This document shows positions 12,925 through 24,130 of a stretch of DNA of 64,000 nt, piece after piece; the stretch's first letter is position 1; each line of letters opens with the position of its first letter. A program made the position numbers and the translations under genes. Under the pieces are notes generated by a model. That model did no database searches. It saw nothing but the letters and a program-made list of their open reading frames with translations, and was not told the DNA's origin. The stretch comes from Hemiscyllium ocellatum. Its lineage: Eukaryota. The stretch spans positions 98,676,409-98,740,408 of the forward strand of contig NC_083413.1 of assembly GCF_020745735.1 (NCBI RefSeq), given 5' to 3'.

Positions 12925-14040
12925 GTACACATCCAAACGCCATGATGGAGGCCTCGAAGCCCTCCGTTTCTTCCTGTCATGCCAACCCAAGCAGTACATG
13001 CTCAACCTCAACTACATTTCCTTTCAATCCTCCCACTTCCTCCAAACCAAAGGGGTAGCCATGGACCCCAGCTATGCCTGCCTCTTCGTCAGATATGTGG
13101 AACAGTCAATCTTCCACAGCTACACCGGTATCATTGCCCACCTTTACCACCGCTACATTGATGACTGTATCAATGCCACCTCATGCAACCACTAGGAGGT
13201 TGAACAGTTCATTAACTTTACGAAAACCTTCCACCCTGACCTAAACTTTACAGGGACCATCTCGGACACCTCCCTCCCTTTCCTAGACCTCTCCATCTCT
13301 ATCTCCAGTGACCAACTAAACATTTACTACAAGCCCACTGACTCCCACAGCTACCTGGACTACACCTCCTCCCACCCGACCTCAGGTAAAAATGCCATCC
13401 TTTATTCTCAATTCCTCTGCCTCCACCGCATCTGCTCCCAGGAGGTCCAGTTCCACCATAAAACATCCCAGATCCTTTATCAAAGAATGCAATTTCCCCT
13501 CCCACGTGGTCGATGATGCCCTTGAACCCCATCCCTCCAATCGCAACAGGGAGCCCTCCTGGTCCTCATCTTCCACCGCACCAACCTTGCATACATCATA
13601 TCATCCTCTGCTGCTTCCACCACTGTAAACAGACCCCATCACTCGGGGTATATTTCCCTCCCTACACCTATCGGCATTCCGGAGACACCATTCCCTCCAC
13701 GACTCCCTCGTCAGGTCCATGCCCCCCACCAGCCCACTCCCCACCCCTGTCACCTTCCCCTGTCACCACAGGAAGTGCAAAACCTGCGCCCACACCTCCC
13801 CCCTCACCTCCGACAAGGCCCCAAATGATCCTTCCACATCCCACAGAAACTTATCTATACTTCCACAAATGTCATCCACTGTGTCTGTTCCACCCGATGT
13901 AGTCTCCTCTGCATCAGGGAGACAGGACACTAACTTGCAGATCATTTAAGAGAACATCTCTGGGACACCCGTGCCAACCAACCCCACGGCCCTGTGGCTG
14001 AACACTTTAACTCCCCCTCCCACTCCACCAAGAACAGCCA
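12925..14040 (+). mobile_element. Penelope-like retroelement remnant (RT C-half and GIY-YIG endonuclease)
   Basis: Translations FLQTKGVAM.PSYACLFV.YVEQ, RYIDD, YKPTDSHSYLDYTSSHP, KNAI.YSQFL.L.RICS, and a decayed Cys-rich/GIY-YIG-like segment at ~13850-13960. Confidence 0.85.
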
Positions 14041-14569
14041 GTCATATTCCTGTTCAATTCCAATGAATAAATACAAAATAACGAGTCTGAATTTGGGATG
14101 ATATTGATAGGATTTATTTCAATCTAAGCATGAACAGATTATTTTGACTTAACAGGTGGAGAGATTCACTTCCTGAAAAAGCAGCTCAAGTGATATAAGC
14201 TGGCACCAAACCGAGTTGGTCAATACTGAGGCAAAAGTACAGCATCCAGTCTTGAGTGAAATAAATAAAGAAACTATCTTAACCCCGGAACAAGATAGAG
14301 TGTATTAAATATGAACAAAGACTCGAGTATTTTAGGATATAATAGAAAAGTAATTTATAGTATATTGAAATGCAAACAGAGATGTGAAGCCTCTACATTC
14401 TTCCTAGCTAAATTAATCATTTCAGAAATTTGTTAATTTTCATGTGTCACTCGTCGGTCCATTCCACGAACCTTGCGAGGTCCTTGTTAAATTCTGAACC
14501 ATCAGGCGATGGTTCTCAGTGGTTGCGAGTTTCATGTTACAGCAAATTGTGATGTTGTCCACTGTATGC

Positions 14570-15150
14570 CAATGTCTTAGTTAAAAATTTGAAGCAATCA
14601 CAACTCCAAACATTTACACAATATCACTATGGATCTTCCTTGAGTCCAAAAAAAAATCCCTTTGATCAATGATTTCTAAAATTTGTTCCCATATCTTTTT
14701 TTGAAGGACGTTTTCAAATAACTTGAAGTGCAAATGGTTCACATCAGTCGGAATACAGTAACATTTCATGTGTTACCCCACACAAAAAAAATCAAGCAAT
14801 TTTGTTATCACGAGTTGTTCTAAGCAAGTCTAGGATGGACTGTTTTATCAAACAAAATCATTTCCAATGTTGTGAGGGCTCGTCTATCTTCTGTGCAATG
14901 GTCTGAATTTTGTATCTGAATGCAGATGTAACTGGCTGCTCTGGGTAAAAGTACAGTTTGTGCCTTTCACATTGTTAATGTGTATTGCTGACTTTAGTTG
15001 AATAAAGTGATGTTGTCCCAGGCATCGTCTGGCACCATTCATTAGACCATTAATTTCCACATTGCTAGCCGGAGAGTCAGGTGGAGTTTATTAATATCAT
15101 TGAACCGAAGGCTTGGAATATTTCCGGTATGAATCATGTGAATTAGAGCC
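14570..15150. repeat. Nested inverted repeat, arm A
   Basis: Reverse complement of ~16779-17373 (e.g. gatcttccttgagtcc vs ggactcaaggaagatc; ccattaatttccacatt vs atgtggaaattaatgg); estimated 80-85% identity. Confidence 0.85.
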
Positions 15151-16778
15151 TCTGAACGAGACAAAGTAGGAAAGATGAATTGAGGAAAGATGAAGTTTTC
15201 ACGACAGAGAGAGATCACTTCGCCCATTACACCTGTATCATGTGAAAACAGAACCTTCCAGCCAACACCCACTTTATAGCATGTTGTCCATAACCCTGCA
15301 GGTGATAGCACTTGAAGTAAACATTCGGGAACATTGTGTAGGGTCTAATCCATTATCAACATAGATATGATCTCCAATGCTGTAAATCCTGGCTTATGGG
15401 GAAAAAAGTAGGGGCAGAACACCCATTTCTAAACGTTGTTTCTCAGGACGTTTTGACAATTCTTGACTTAATATCATTGTAAACTGACATGAAAAAAATG
15501 CAGACATGTTCCCCAGAAACGCTGACTGCAACATACCTTTACTCAGTCAAGATCAGCAAGATGAATTAAGAAAGTTTTTAAAAATCTTTCTTTTAACTGA
15601 TTATTGACAACACGGATTTCACAAAGTGAAAAGTACAGAAGGGAAGGGTGGAGGGCTGGGTGTGGACGATGTTCACTTGTGAGAAACAAAGCTCACACAC
15701 TTCAATAATTTCAGTCCGAGACAAAATCTGAATCAGTGGTGCCCTTTATTTTACTCTTGCAAGACGGTGTGATGTCCACTTTCCACAAGGCAGGGACACA
15801 CACACTGAATTCAACTAATACACGATATTTATGTAATTTGGTTTCTATTTTTTTATTTCATTGCTCCTCCCCTGTTTACATCTTCCACTTCCCTAAGACC
15901 GGCGCCCTCCTTGTCTGTGACAAATGCTTATTTCTGGCCTCACAAGGCTGTTTGACCTCATCCCGCTGTGGCCCATTGTTAGGCATATCCTTTCTTCACT
16001 ATTATCTATTCCCTCCATCTGTGCCTTCCCCTACCATACTGATCCTTATGAACCTTTTAATTGGGGTTTGTTCCTGTGTTTCAGTAAAAGTGGGAAACAG
16101 ATGTTTATACCTACTGTTTGTACAGGCGTATCTAGCTTAACTCCCTCCCCTCACAGCATCTTATCTATTCGTCTGTAATATCTACCATTGTTTTGCAGTC
16201 ACGTTTCATTGTTGCATACAATTTTAGTGAATACAAAAACAATTATGTATTTCCTCCACATCGTTTCCATTCTTGTTGACTCAGCTCTTGGCTGAAACAA
16301 TTACACACTGGTGTGAGTTCATTTACTTTGTATAAGTAATTATAATTGCAGAAGTAACACTACTTTACCTATATCCCACACACTGTTCCCTGATGTCTGG
16401 TTGCATTTGTGAGCAACAGGTGAACCTGCGAACCAGATTCAGGATGGTACTGCAGGTATTTCAGCAGATACTGTGTAAACGGAATTCTCCCATAAATCAG
16501 CAATGACATGAACATTTATTTTTTATGGTGTTTGAAACCAAATAAAATTGAACAATATGCTGGGACAAGTTCCTTTCATTTCTTTGAACTAGTATCAAGG
16601 GACACTCTCTGTGGGCCTGGGGTGGCAGGAGGATCTTTAACAGCAGAATGTGAGGGAACAAAGTTACCGTTGGAAATCCAGATAGACTGGAACTTGTTTC
16701 ACTGGAGGGTGAGAGTTCGGCGGGGGGGGGGGGGGGGACCTCATATAAGTTTATAAAGCCATGAGTGGAAAGGTGAAT

Positions 16779-17373
16779 GGCTCTAATTTACATGATTCAT
16801 CTTGGAAATGTACAAAGCTTTCGTTTCAAAAATATCACATATCAATAAACTCCACCTGATCCTCTGGCGAGTGATGTGGAAATTAATGGTCTAATTAATG
16901 GTGCCAGACGATGCCTGGGGCAACATCCCTTTATTCAACTAAAGTCAGCAATATACATTAACAATGTGAAAGGCGCAAACTGTACTTTTACCCAGAGCAG
17001 CCAGTTTCATCTGCAGTCAGACACAACTTCAAAATTCAGACCATTGCACAGAAGATAGACGAGCCCTCACAACACTGGAAATGATTTTGTTTGATAAAAG
17101 AATTCATCGTAGACTTCCTCAGAGCAACTCATGTCAACAAACTTGTTTTTTTTGTGTGTGGGGTAACACACGAAATGTCACTTTAATACGATTGATGTGA
17201 ACCACTTGCATTTCAGAAGTTATTTGAAAACGTCCATCACATTAGATACGCGAATAAATTTTACAAATCATTGATCAAAGGGGACAATCTTTTTTGGACT
17301 CAAGGAAGATCCATAGTAATATTTTGTAAATGTTTGGAGCTGGGATTGTTCTCAATTTTTGACCCAGACATTG
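16779..17373. repeat. Nested inverted repeat, arm B
   Basis: Partner of 14570-15150, separated by a ~1.6-kb spacer. Confidence 0.85.
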
Positions 17374-17399
17374 TTGTATTTTCCCTATGGTGGGGGATT

Positions 17400-17685
17400 T
17401 CAACAATAGGGAACATGTTTTACAATGAGAGGAGAAAAATTTTTAAAACGATATCAGAGGCAGCTTTTTATACAGAGAATGGTTTGTGTGTGGGATGATC
17501 TGGTGGTGGATACTTACAACCTATAGAAGACATTTGGATAAGTAAATGAATATCAAATGTTTGGAAGGATATGGGCCAAGTACACACAGGTGGGATTAGT
17601 TTAGTTTGGGATTATGACTGGCATGGACTGGTTGGACTGAAGTGTCTGTTTCCATGCTGTCTCACTCCATGACTCTATGACTATT
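17400..17685 (+). mobile_element. CR1-type LINE 3' tail
   Basis: tttatacagagaatggtttgtgtgtggg...tgtctgtttccatgctgt...atgactctatgactat, CR1-like 3' end with short tail repeat. Confidence 0.7.
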
Positions 17686-18841
17686 TATCAATTTTTCTCA
17701 ATATTAAACAGTGCTGTAGTGATCCTCGAATGAACTGTTGATGTTTAGGTTGTGTCTGAGACTCTGCGAATATTTCCTTCAATGAGAGGAGTAACTAGTT
17801 CTCCAAGTTTCACAACTGAAAAATAAACTTTTCTCCAGTATTGTTGCTGAGTAGATTTGTTCCTGCAGAGGCAGTGGTTATGGTCTGCAGTTTGCTTTCC
17901 ACCAACTGGTCAACAGTGAGACAAAATATCTTTGATCCCCTGCAGAAACTCCACCCGATTCCAGTAAATGAACCTGGGAACTCAAGGACCTTTTCTGCAG
18001 TCAGCTTAATTGCTGCCAACTATTGTATCTGGTCGATTAAAGGGAAAATGAATCAACTAAAGTAAAATCCTACCAAACAAACTATATTTTCCCATTTACT
18101 CACAATGGATACATTTCACTTGGCATTTCTTCTTTAAAAAGGAAAGTCACTGAATACAGCATTCACTGTATGACTATCAGAAACAGGACATTGAATGCAG
18201 TGATGTTCTGGTTAGTTCAGCCTGTTTATTGAGTATCTTTAAAGCTCCTGAATATGAAGTTAATGGATCCAAAATCCCACATTGCAGTAACATTTGTTAT
18301 CATCTCAAAGTAAATTAACAAACTTGAATTGGTTCAAACTCACATCACTTGGTACACCATTCACTGATTCATTTATCTCATTAAAACTGAGTGGGCCCTT
18401 TATACATGGTTAACACTGGTGTCGTGTAACAGCGAATTTCTGCTTATTTTTATGAGTTAACTGCCCCTGTCAGAGCTATCAGTGAGCAGAGAAATGTACT
18501 GTTTATAACCTACATTCGCGGTAATGATTATTGTAATACTCTCTAATTTAACCAAACACTCCTGATGTACCCAGACAGTTACCTGCAATGGTTTAGATGT
18601 TGAGGATTTTATTAAAAAAAAACGTATGGACTGTCCTGTTCTAGTTCATTAGATGCTCTTTCAAAAGTTTACCTAGGTGTTATGTATCACTGCCAACTCA
18701 CTTTTTGTTTCTCCGGCACACAGCTTTCCTTTACTATGCATTTTAAAAAATTTGAAAAAAAAGATGCAAGGAGAGACATTCTGCAATGTAAGGAGGTGCT
18801 TCTAATCTCCGGGTCCAAGCTGTTTAGTGATATCCACTCAC

Positions 18842-19287
18842 ATTCTGAACATAATCACTTTAGACCTGCTCCATATTAGGTTGCCTAAATGGAATTTAGA
18901 AACGCAGATTAGAAATGGGATGTTATTTTGTAAAGTGAGAGAGACGTTGAGTGACAGCAAAAATAAAGTCACTCATTTTGTTGGTTAATAATATGATTGA
19001 AGTTCTTTTTAGCTTTATCTGCTTGTGGTGGAATGTAGAATTAAAGGGAGTTAACTTCTAATTGAATATTCTGAATATAATCACTTTGGACACGCTCTGT
19101 ATTCAGTTGCCTAAATTGAATTTTGAAATGTTTAGTATGAATTACATGTTATTTTGTAGTGGGACAGAGACTGGCAGTGTCCTGGGGAAATAAAACTCAA
19201 TTGTTTTACTAGCTAGTAATATGTTTGAACTTTGATTTTAGTTTTATCTGTTTGTGAATGAATGTAGAAATAAAGGGAGGTAACTTC
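18842..19287 (+). repeat. Old ~226-bp tandem duplication upstream of the VH promoter
   Basis: attctgaacataatcacttt..gttgcctaaat..aatgtagaattaaagggagttaacttc (from 18842) repeated as attctgaatataatcacttt..gttgcctaaat..aatgtagaaataaagggaggtaacttc (from 19068). Confidence 0.85.
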
Positions 19288-19563
19288 CGGATGGATTTAT
19301 TTTAAAACAAAATACTTGCAACTATCATGTGAAATAGACCTGAAGGTACTCAATTTTACTTCCACCATTAAAAAAAACACTCCCAAAGAAGCTATTCAGC
19401 AAAATAAATATCCCAAGATGTGTATATATCCATGTTTAAGCGTAACCTGGTAAATACATGAGCCCATGTGTTGGGGCTGTGCAAGCTGAGACCAGGATCC
19501 AGTCTCAGCCTCCAGCAGGAAACCAACAGGCGGAAGCTGTGAGCCTGCCCTTTCCGATGGCCA

Positions 19564-19570
19564 TATAAAT
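19564..19570 (+). promoter_or_regulatory. TATA box of VH promoter (+ copy)
   Basis: TATAAAT 93 bp upstream of the leader ATG; Ets-like cggaag at 19531; no ATGCAAAT octamer seen in the preceding ~400 bp. Confidence 0.75.
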
Positions 19571-19656
19571 CCTAGGCACTGGACCGTAATTCAACACTCC
19601 GGGATCGGCTTTGTTTAGAAAGATCTTGACAGAACCGCTTCCCAGAAGTTATCAGA

Positions 19657-19705
19657 ATGATTGTGTCGACAATTTTTCTCAGTTTATTACTGACTTTCTT
19701 ATCAT
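19657..19705 (+). CDS. IGHV: IgH leader exon (+ copy), MIVSTIFLSLLLTFLS
   Basis: ATG 19657, hydrophobic signal peptide, phase-1 GT donor at 19706, 107-bp intron to AG at 19811-19812. Confidence 0.95.
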
Positions 19706-19812
19706 GTGAGTGTTTTTTTTTGTTTAAGTCTGTCTTTGTTGCTGTTTCAATGTTAGTCTACCTCAGGAATGTAAAAGTAATGCTCATGGTTTATTTCTTG
19801 TCTTTTTTAAAG

Positions 19813-20117
19813 GTGTCCAGTCGGAGATTGTTTTGACCCAGCCAGAGGCAGAGACTGGCCATCCCTCAGGCAGCCTGACACTGACCTGTAAAACCAGCGG
19901 GTTCGATCTCAGCAGCAGCTACATGCACTGGGTCCGCCAGGTTCCCGGCCAGGGTCTGGAGTGGCTGCTGTACTACTATAGTTCATCCAGCAATAACTAT
20001 GCACCAGCGATTCAGGGTCGATTTACTGCGTCCAAAGACAATTCAAACAACATTTTCTCGTTGAAAATGACTAACCTGAAGATCGAAGACACCGCCATCT
20101 ATTACTGTGCAAGATAC
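19813..20117 (+). CDS. IGHV: IgM VH segment (+ copy), [18 protein letters not shown]...YYCARY
   Basis: Open frame with conserved Cys, WVRQ and YYCAR; directly followed by an RSS. Confidence 0.98.
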
Positions 20118-20156
20118 CACAGCGAGAGGAACCAGGGCTGGACCCGTTCAAAAACA
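20118..20156 (+). other. VH 3' RSS, 23-bp spacer
   Basis: CACAGCG 20118-20124, 23 nt, TCAAAAACA 20148-20156. Confidence 0.95.
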
Positions 20157-20504
20157 GCTCGAGGGAACATTTTGTCAATTCCATCATAAACTGATGGTCA
20201 GTTTGAGTTTTAAATGCAATTATACCAACTGCGATCTGAAGCAGACCTCAGGCTGCCTCTTACAAAGCTATCAAAGAGGAAATGTACCATTTAAACTAGG
20301 AAACTGGTGACACAATGGGACAATGTTTTAGGCATGTCATATGTACTGCTAACACTTCCATCAATTAAATGCTGGGACAAAATATATCTGACAGCTCAGG
20401 AAATCACTGCTAATTGTTATGTCAACTATGGCATTCATTCTAAACATGATCAGTACTAAATGGCTCTTTCAAATGAAAATTGAGACCTAGAGTAAAGAAC
20501 AGAG

Positions 20505-20584
20505 AATGAGTGTACTGGTCTACATCATTGTGATACTACAGTGGGTCACAGTGCTGTGCACAGCGACATCCTCATACAATAACC
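20505..20584 (+). other. D1 segment ATACTACAGTGGGT (20533-20546) with 12-bp 5' RSS and 22-bp 3' RSS
   Basis: 5': AATGAGTGT (weak nonamer)-12-CATTGTG; 3': CACAGTG-22-ACAATAACC. All three D1 frames are open. Confidence 0.93.
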
Positions 20585-20840
20585 ACTGACAAGGATTTAT
20601 CTCAAATTGGTGATTTCTACCGTGGCAGGAGCGTGAAATAATGTGAGATGCAATTTAAACACAATCCAGTCGGGCTAGTTTGTACAAATGTAGAATTATT
20701 TTCTACCTTCTTCGTGTTGATTGTCAAGTTAAATGCAGACCAAACCTGGAAAAGTATTCCAAGCTTTCAAAATACAATGAATAGTAAAAGCTGAAATAAT
20801 GCACCAAATCATTTTTAAAGGAGTCTGAATCACTGCTTTC

Positions 20841-20865
20841 TAGGAAGTGAAGAAATTATTTGCAT
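20841..20865 (+). promoter_or_regulatory. Ets-like site plus octamer between D1 and D2
   Basis: AGGAAGTGA 20842-20850 and ATTTGCAT 20858-20865; the motifs are seen directly, function is inferred. Confidence 0.4.
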
Positions 20866-20887
20866 TTTACAGTTTACAGTCTGTCAT

Positions 20888-20958
20888 AGTATTTGACACA
20901 ACGTGTCTCACAGTGATATAGCTGGAGTGACACTGCAATTATGATCAGTACAAAAACC
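20888..20958 (+). other. D2 segment ATATAGCTGGAGTGA (20916-20930) with 12/12 RSS
   Basis: 5': AGTATTTGA-12-CACAGTG; 3': CACTGCA-12-ACAAAAACC. Confidence 0.92.
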
Positions 20959-21284
20959 TATTCAGCCTCCATTGTTTGAAAATAGTCAGTGATTACTTCT
21001 ACAAACCGTCTTAACTTGCAGTGCAGTATTAGTTCTGTGGGGCTTTATGCCAGTATCACTATTTAATTTGTAAAAGTGTTGGGTAATTATTGATACACCA
21101 GTTGGGGATTTTGAGAATCAGCTATGTGTTACTCTGTGAAGTATAAAACAGTATTAAAATTTATCAAGAATGATCAGAATTCACTCGCGCAATTATGTGA
21201 TGAAGATTTATCGTGACTTTATTTTGCCTGTGGTTCTGAAAATTTAAAATGATGGTAGATTTTTGATTTGTTTTATGCAGAGCT

Positions 21285-21323
21285 AGTTATTGTGTGATCC
21301 AGTCCAGAGAATGTAACACTGTG
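21285..21323 (+). other. JH 5' RSS, 23-bp spacer
   Basis: AGTTATTGT 21285-21293, 23 nt, CACTGTG 21317-21323. Confidence 0.93.
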
Positions 21324-21371
21324 ACTATCTTGGCTACTGGGGCCAAGGGACCATGGTGACAGTGACTTCAG
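21324..21371 (+). CDS. IGHJ: JH segment (+ copy), YLGYWGQGTMVTVTS
   Basis: WGxG motif, phase-1 GTAAG donor at 21372. Confidence 0.98.
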
Positions 21372-21916
21372 GTAAGAACTTTGAACATTCTTAGTGACTT
21401 TTTAAAAACTTTCTATTCATGTGACTAATTTCTGAATTAAATGAAACTCAGATTCTGTGCTGAGTTTGGTTTGGTTCGGATTGATTTTTGTTCAGACTGA
21501 TTATAGACTTCAGTTAAGGCTCAGCAAATAGTTAAAATGGTGATGATGGAGTCATTTGCTCAGTGTATCTCTTTTTTTTGATCAGATGGACGTTCTATGT
21601 GGCTGGGTTACTTGAAACACCTAATGTCTCTTAATCAGTCAGCTATAAATAATGTTTAATGTCAGTGACACCCTGACTGTGAGTTTTATTATCAACAACA
21701 AATGCTACAAATTCAAAGATGTTCAAGATATTACCAAACATGACTAAAATATGCTAAAATATCATTATTCATTTCTTGAATATATGTTCTTACCATGATT
21801 ATATTTTCTCATTTATTTTGTTAATTTTGTTGATGACAGGCAGGTTAGAAACTGTCATCAAAGTTTCTTGCGGTGCTATATTGCATTCTGGTGATTAGAT
21901 TCGGAGTTTGTTTTAC

Positions 21917-22200
21917 TTGATTCTGTTGAATTGAGTTGATTGGATTTTGGCTTTGTTTTAGTTGATTCGGGTTGAACTGTGTTGATTGGATTCTGACTTT
22001 GTTTTTACTTGGTTTTGTTGAATTGTGTTGATTGACTTTTGAAATGGTTTTATTTGATTCTGTTGAATTGAATTGGTTGGATTCTGATTATGTTTCATTC
22101 AAATCTGTTGTTTTAAGTTGATTGGATTCTGATTTTATTTTCCTTGATTCTGTTGAATTGAGTTGATTGGATTCTTATTCAGTTTGTGAAATTGATCTGC
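21917..22200 (+). repeat. ~45-bp T/G-rich minisatellite, ~6 units
   Basis: Unit starts at 21917, 21962, 22009, 22054, 22098, 22144; core ttgattctgttgaattgagttgattggatt. Confidence 0.9.
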
Positions 22201-23788
22201 GTTTTCGTGCTTTCTGAATCGATGTTTTCTTTCTGGTGAGGAGATTGACTCTCTGGAATACTTTTCATTACCAATATTTGTGAAGTTCTTTTGTTTTTCA
22301 TGAATCATTTCTGCATTTGTTAAACTTATATGACACATTTTTCTCTGCTTGATTGAAAACATGACATCCATTTGTAACGGTCTGAAAAACAACTTAAGGC
22401 AGAAACCCAGATGTGTGAGAAATGAAAAAAAAATGAGTTTTTAATGGATTGACTTTAAACAAAAAACTCCGTTCTAATTGTAAACGAACTGACTTTTGTT
22501 TTAAGTAGCCTCATTCAAAATAAAATTTGGGACCTAAATCTGAAACTGCAGAATTGATCAGATTACGTAATTGAAACTAACTTAAAATTATAATGTGGTA
22601 ATATTTGTCCATTCAGTAATTTTGTTTTGACCATGAGGTGATTAATCAATATATGCCTTCAACCCCACTCTACTGTGCGCTGCACAAGATTGTCATGATC
22701 AGGAAGGGTGTGCAGGTTAGAAATAAATTGAACTATTGCCAGAAACGTTACAGCTTTAAGTGTTAAGTCCCCTCACAAACAAGGTTGCTATTATGACCTG
22801 TTATTTCTATTCAATTTAATCATTAGTTTGCTTGATTCTGAGCAGCTTTGTTAGACTTCAATTTGGTTTTATTTGTGAGGTGACATCATGTTCTTGGTTC
22901 TGTTGAAAATGTTTGCAGAGCTAGTTCTGCTGCAAACATACCGTGTTGTGATCTGGTGATCGTTGATCTGTTGAGGAGGGACTGTGCTTGGGTAACATTA
23001 AATGTGTTATATTTGGGAAACCGTTTCTGGTTTCTACATTGTTTTTGCAATGTTAACACGGTTGGTGACAGTGAACTGCTCTTTCCTCATTCAATGCAAT
23101 CAGCATGCGAGTTACAATTTCATAAAGTCTATTATAAAGTGAAAGGCAAATTGCACAGGTTTTAGAAATGAAGGGAAAACAGATACCTTCAGGTGCTATT
23201 TTTACTTAAAATAAATAATTAAGGATTAATCTAATCCATGCTTTACAATCCAAATTCGAAACTCAACTATCTAGTTCAATCACAAGGTCTGTCTTTAAGC
23301 AGTTTACAAGTCATAGAGAAATATAAATAGAATTTCAAAAGTCTAATGTTCTAATTGTTCTTGCTCTCGAGCAAAAATGCCATGACTGTGCTATAATTGA
23401 TCAAGAAACACCTTTCAATTCCGCTGTACACTACATACATATTTTTCTGGCTGGAAAAGATCATTGGCAAAGACCATTTGGAAATTCTGCTCAATTCTAT
23501 GAAGAACAGATCAGTTTCACTGCTTTGAACAGTTTCACATATAACTTGAGTTAATTAATTGTTATGTCCCTGATTAAACTGGATTTGCAGGATAAAAATA
23601 AAACATTAACTGAATTATTTAACCTGCACAGTACTTTAGGTGTTCCCAATCTGTGCATGTTAAATAAATAGTTACATTTTACAACAAAATATCAACTGAA
23701 GAGTCATTCTTCGGGAAACAACTGCTATAGTGAATTATGTGACCAACCAAATTTCGAATTAATTAAAGTAATCCACTCATGAACTCCA

Positions 23789-24130
23789 GGGCAGCATGGT
23801 GGCTCAGTGATTGGCATTGCTGCCTCACAGCGCCAGGGTCCCAAATTTGATTCCACCCTCGGGTGACTGCCTGTGTGGAGTTTGCACATTCTCCCTGTGT
23901 CTGCGTGGGTTTCCTTCGAGTGCTGTGGTTTCCTACCACAGTCCAAAAGATGTGCAGGTCAGGTGATTGTGCAGTTTAGCACAGCCATAGTGTTCAGGGA
24001 TGTCTAGGTTAGGGTGCATTAGTCAAGGACAAATATAAATTAGGGGGAATGGGTCTGGGTGGGCTACTTACTGTTCAGAGGGTCAGTGTGGAATTGTTGG
24101 GCCAAATGGCCCGTTTCCATACTGTAGGAA
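23789..24130 (+). mobile_element. tRNA-derived SINE (HE1-like)
   Basis: gggcagcatggtggctcagtg..gctgcctcacagcgcc head; homologous to 6361-6670. Confidence 0.85.

Noticed and set aside
16722-16737. G16 homopolymer as a G-quadruplex element
   Set aside because: The mirror copy is interrupted (61850-61862), and homopolymers are error-prone; no support for function.
21917-22200. Regularly spaced repeats as a CRISPR-like array
   Set aside because: Units are degenerate tandem copies without unique spacers, in a vertebrate intron.
22914-22990. tgcagagctagtt, matching the sequence just upstream of the JH nonamer; possible pseudo-J
   Set aside because: No heptamer at 22-23 nt spacing and no WGxG or splice donor follows.
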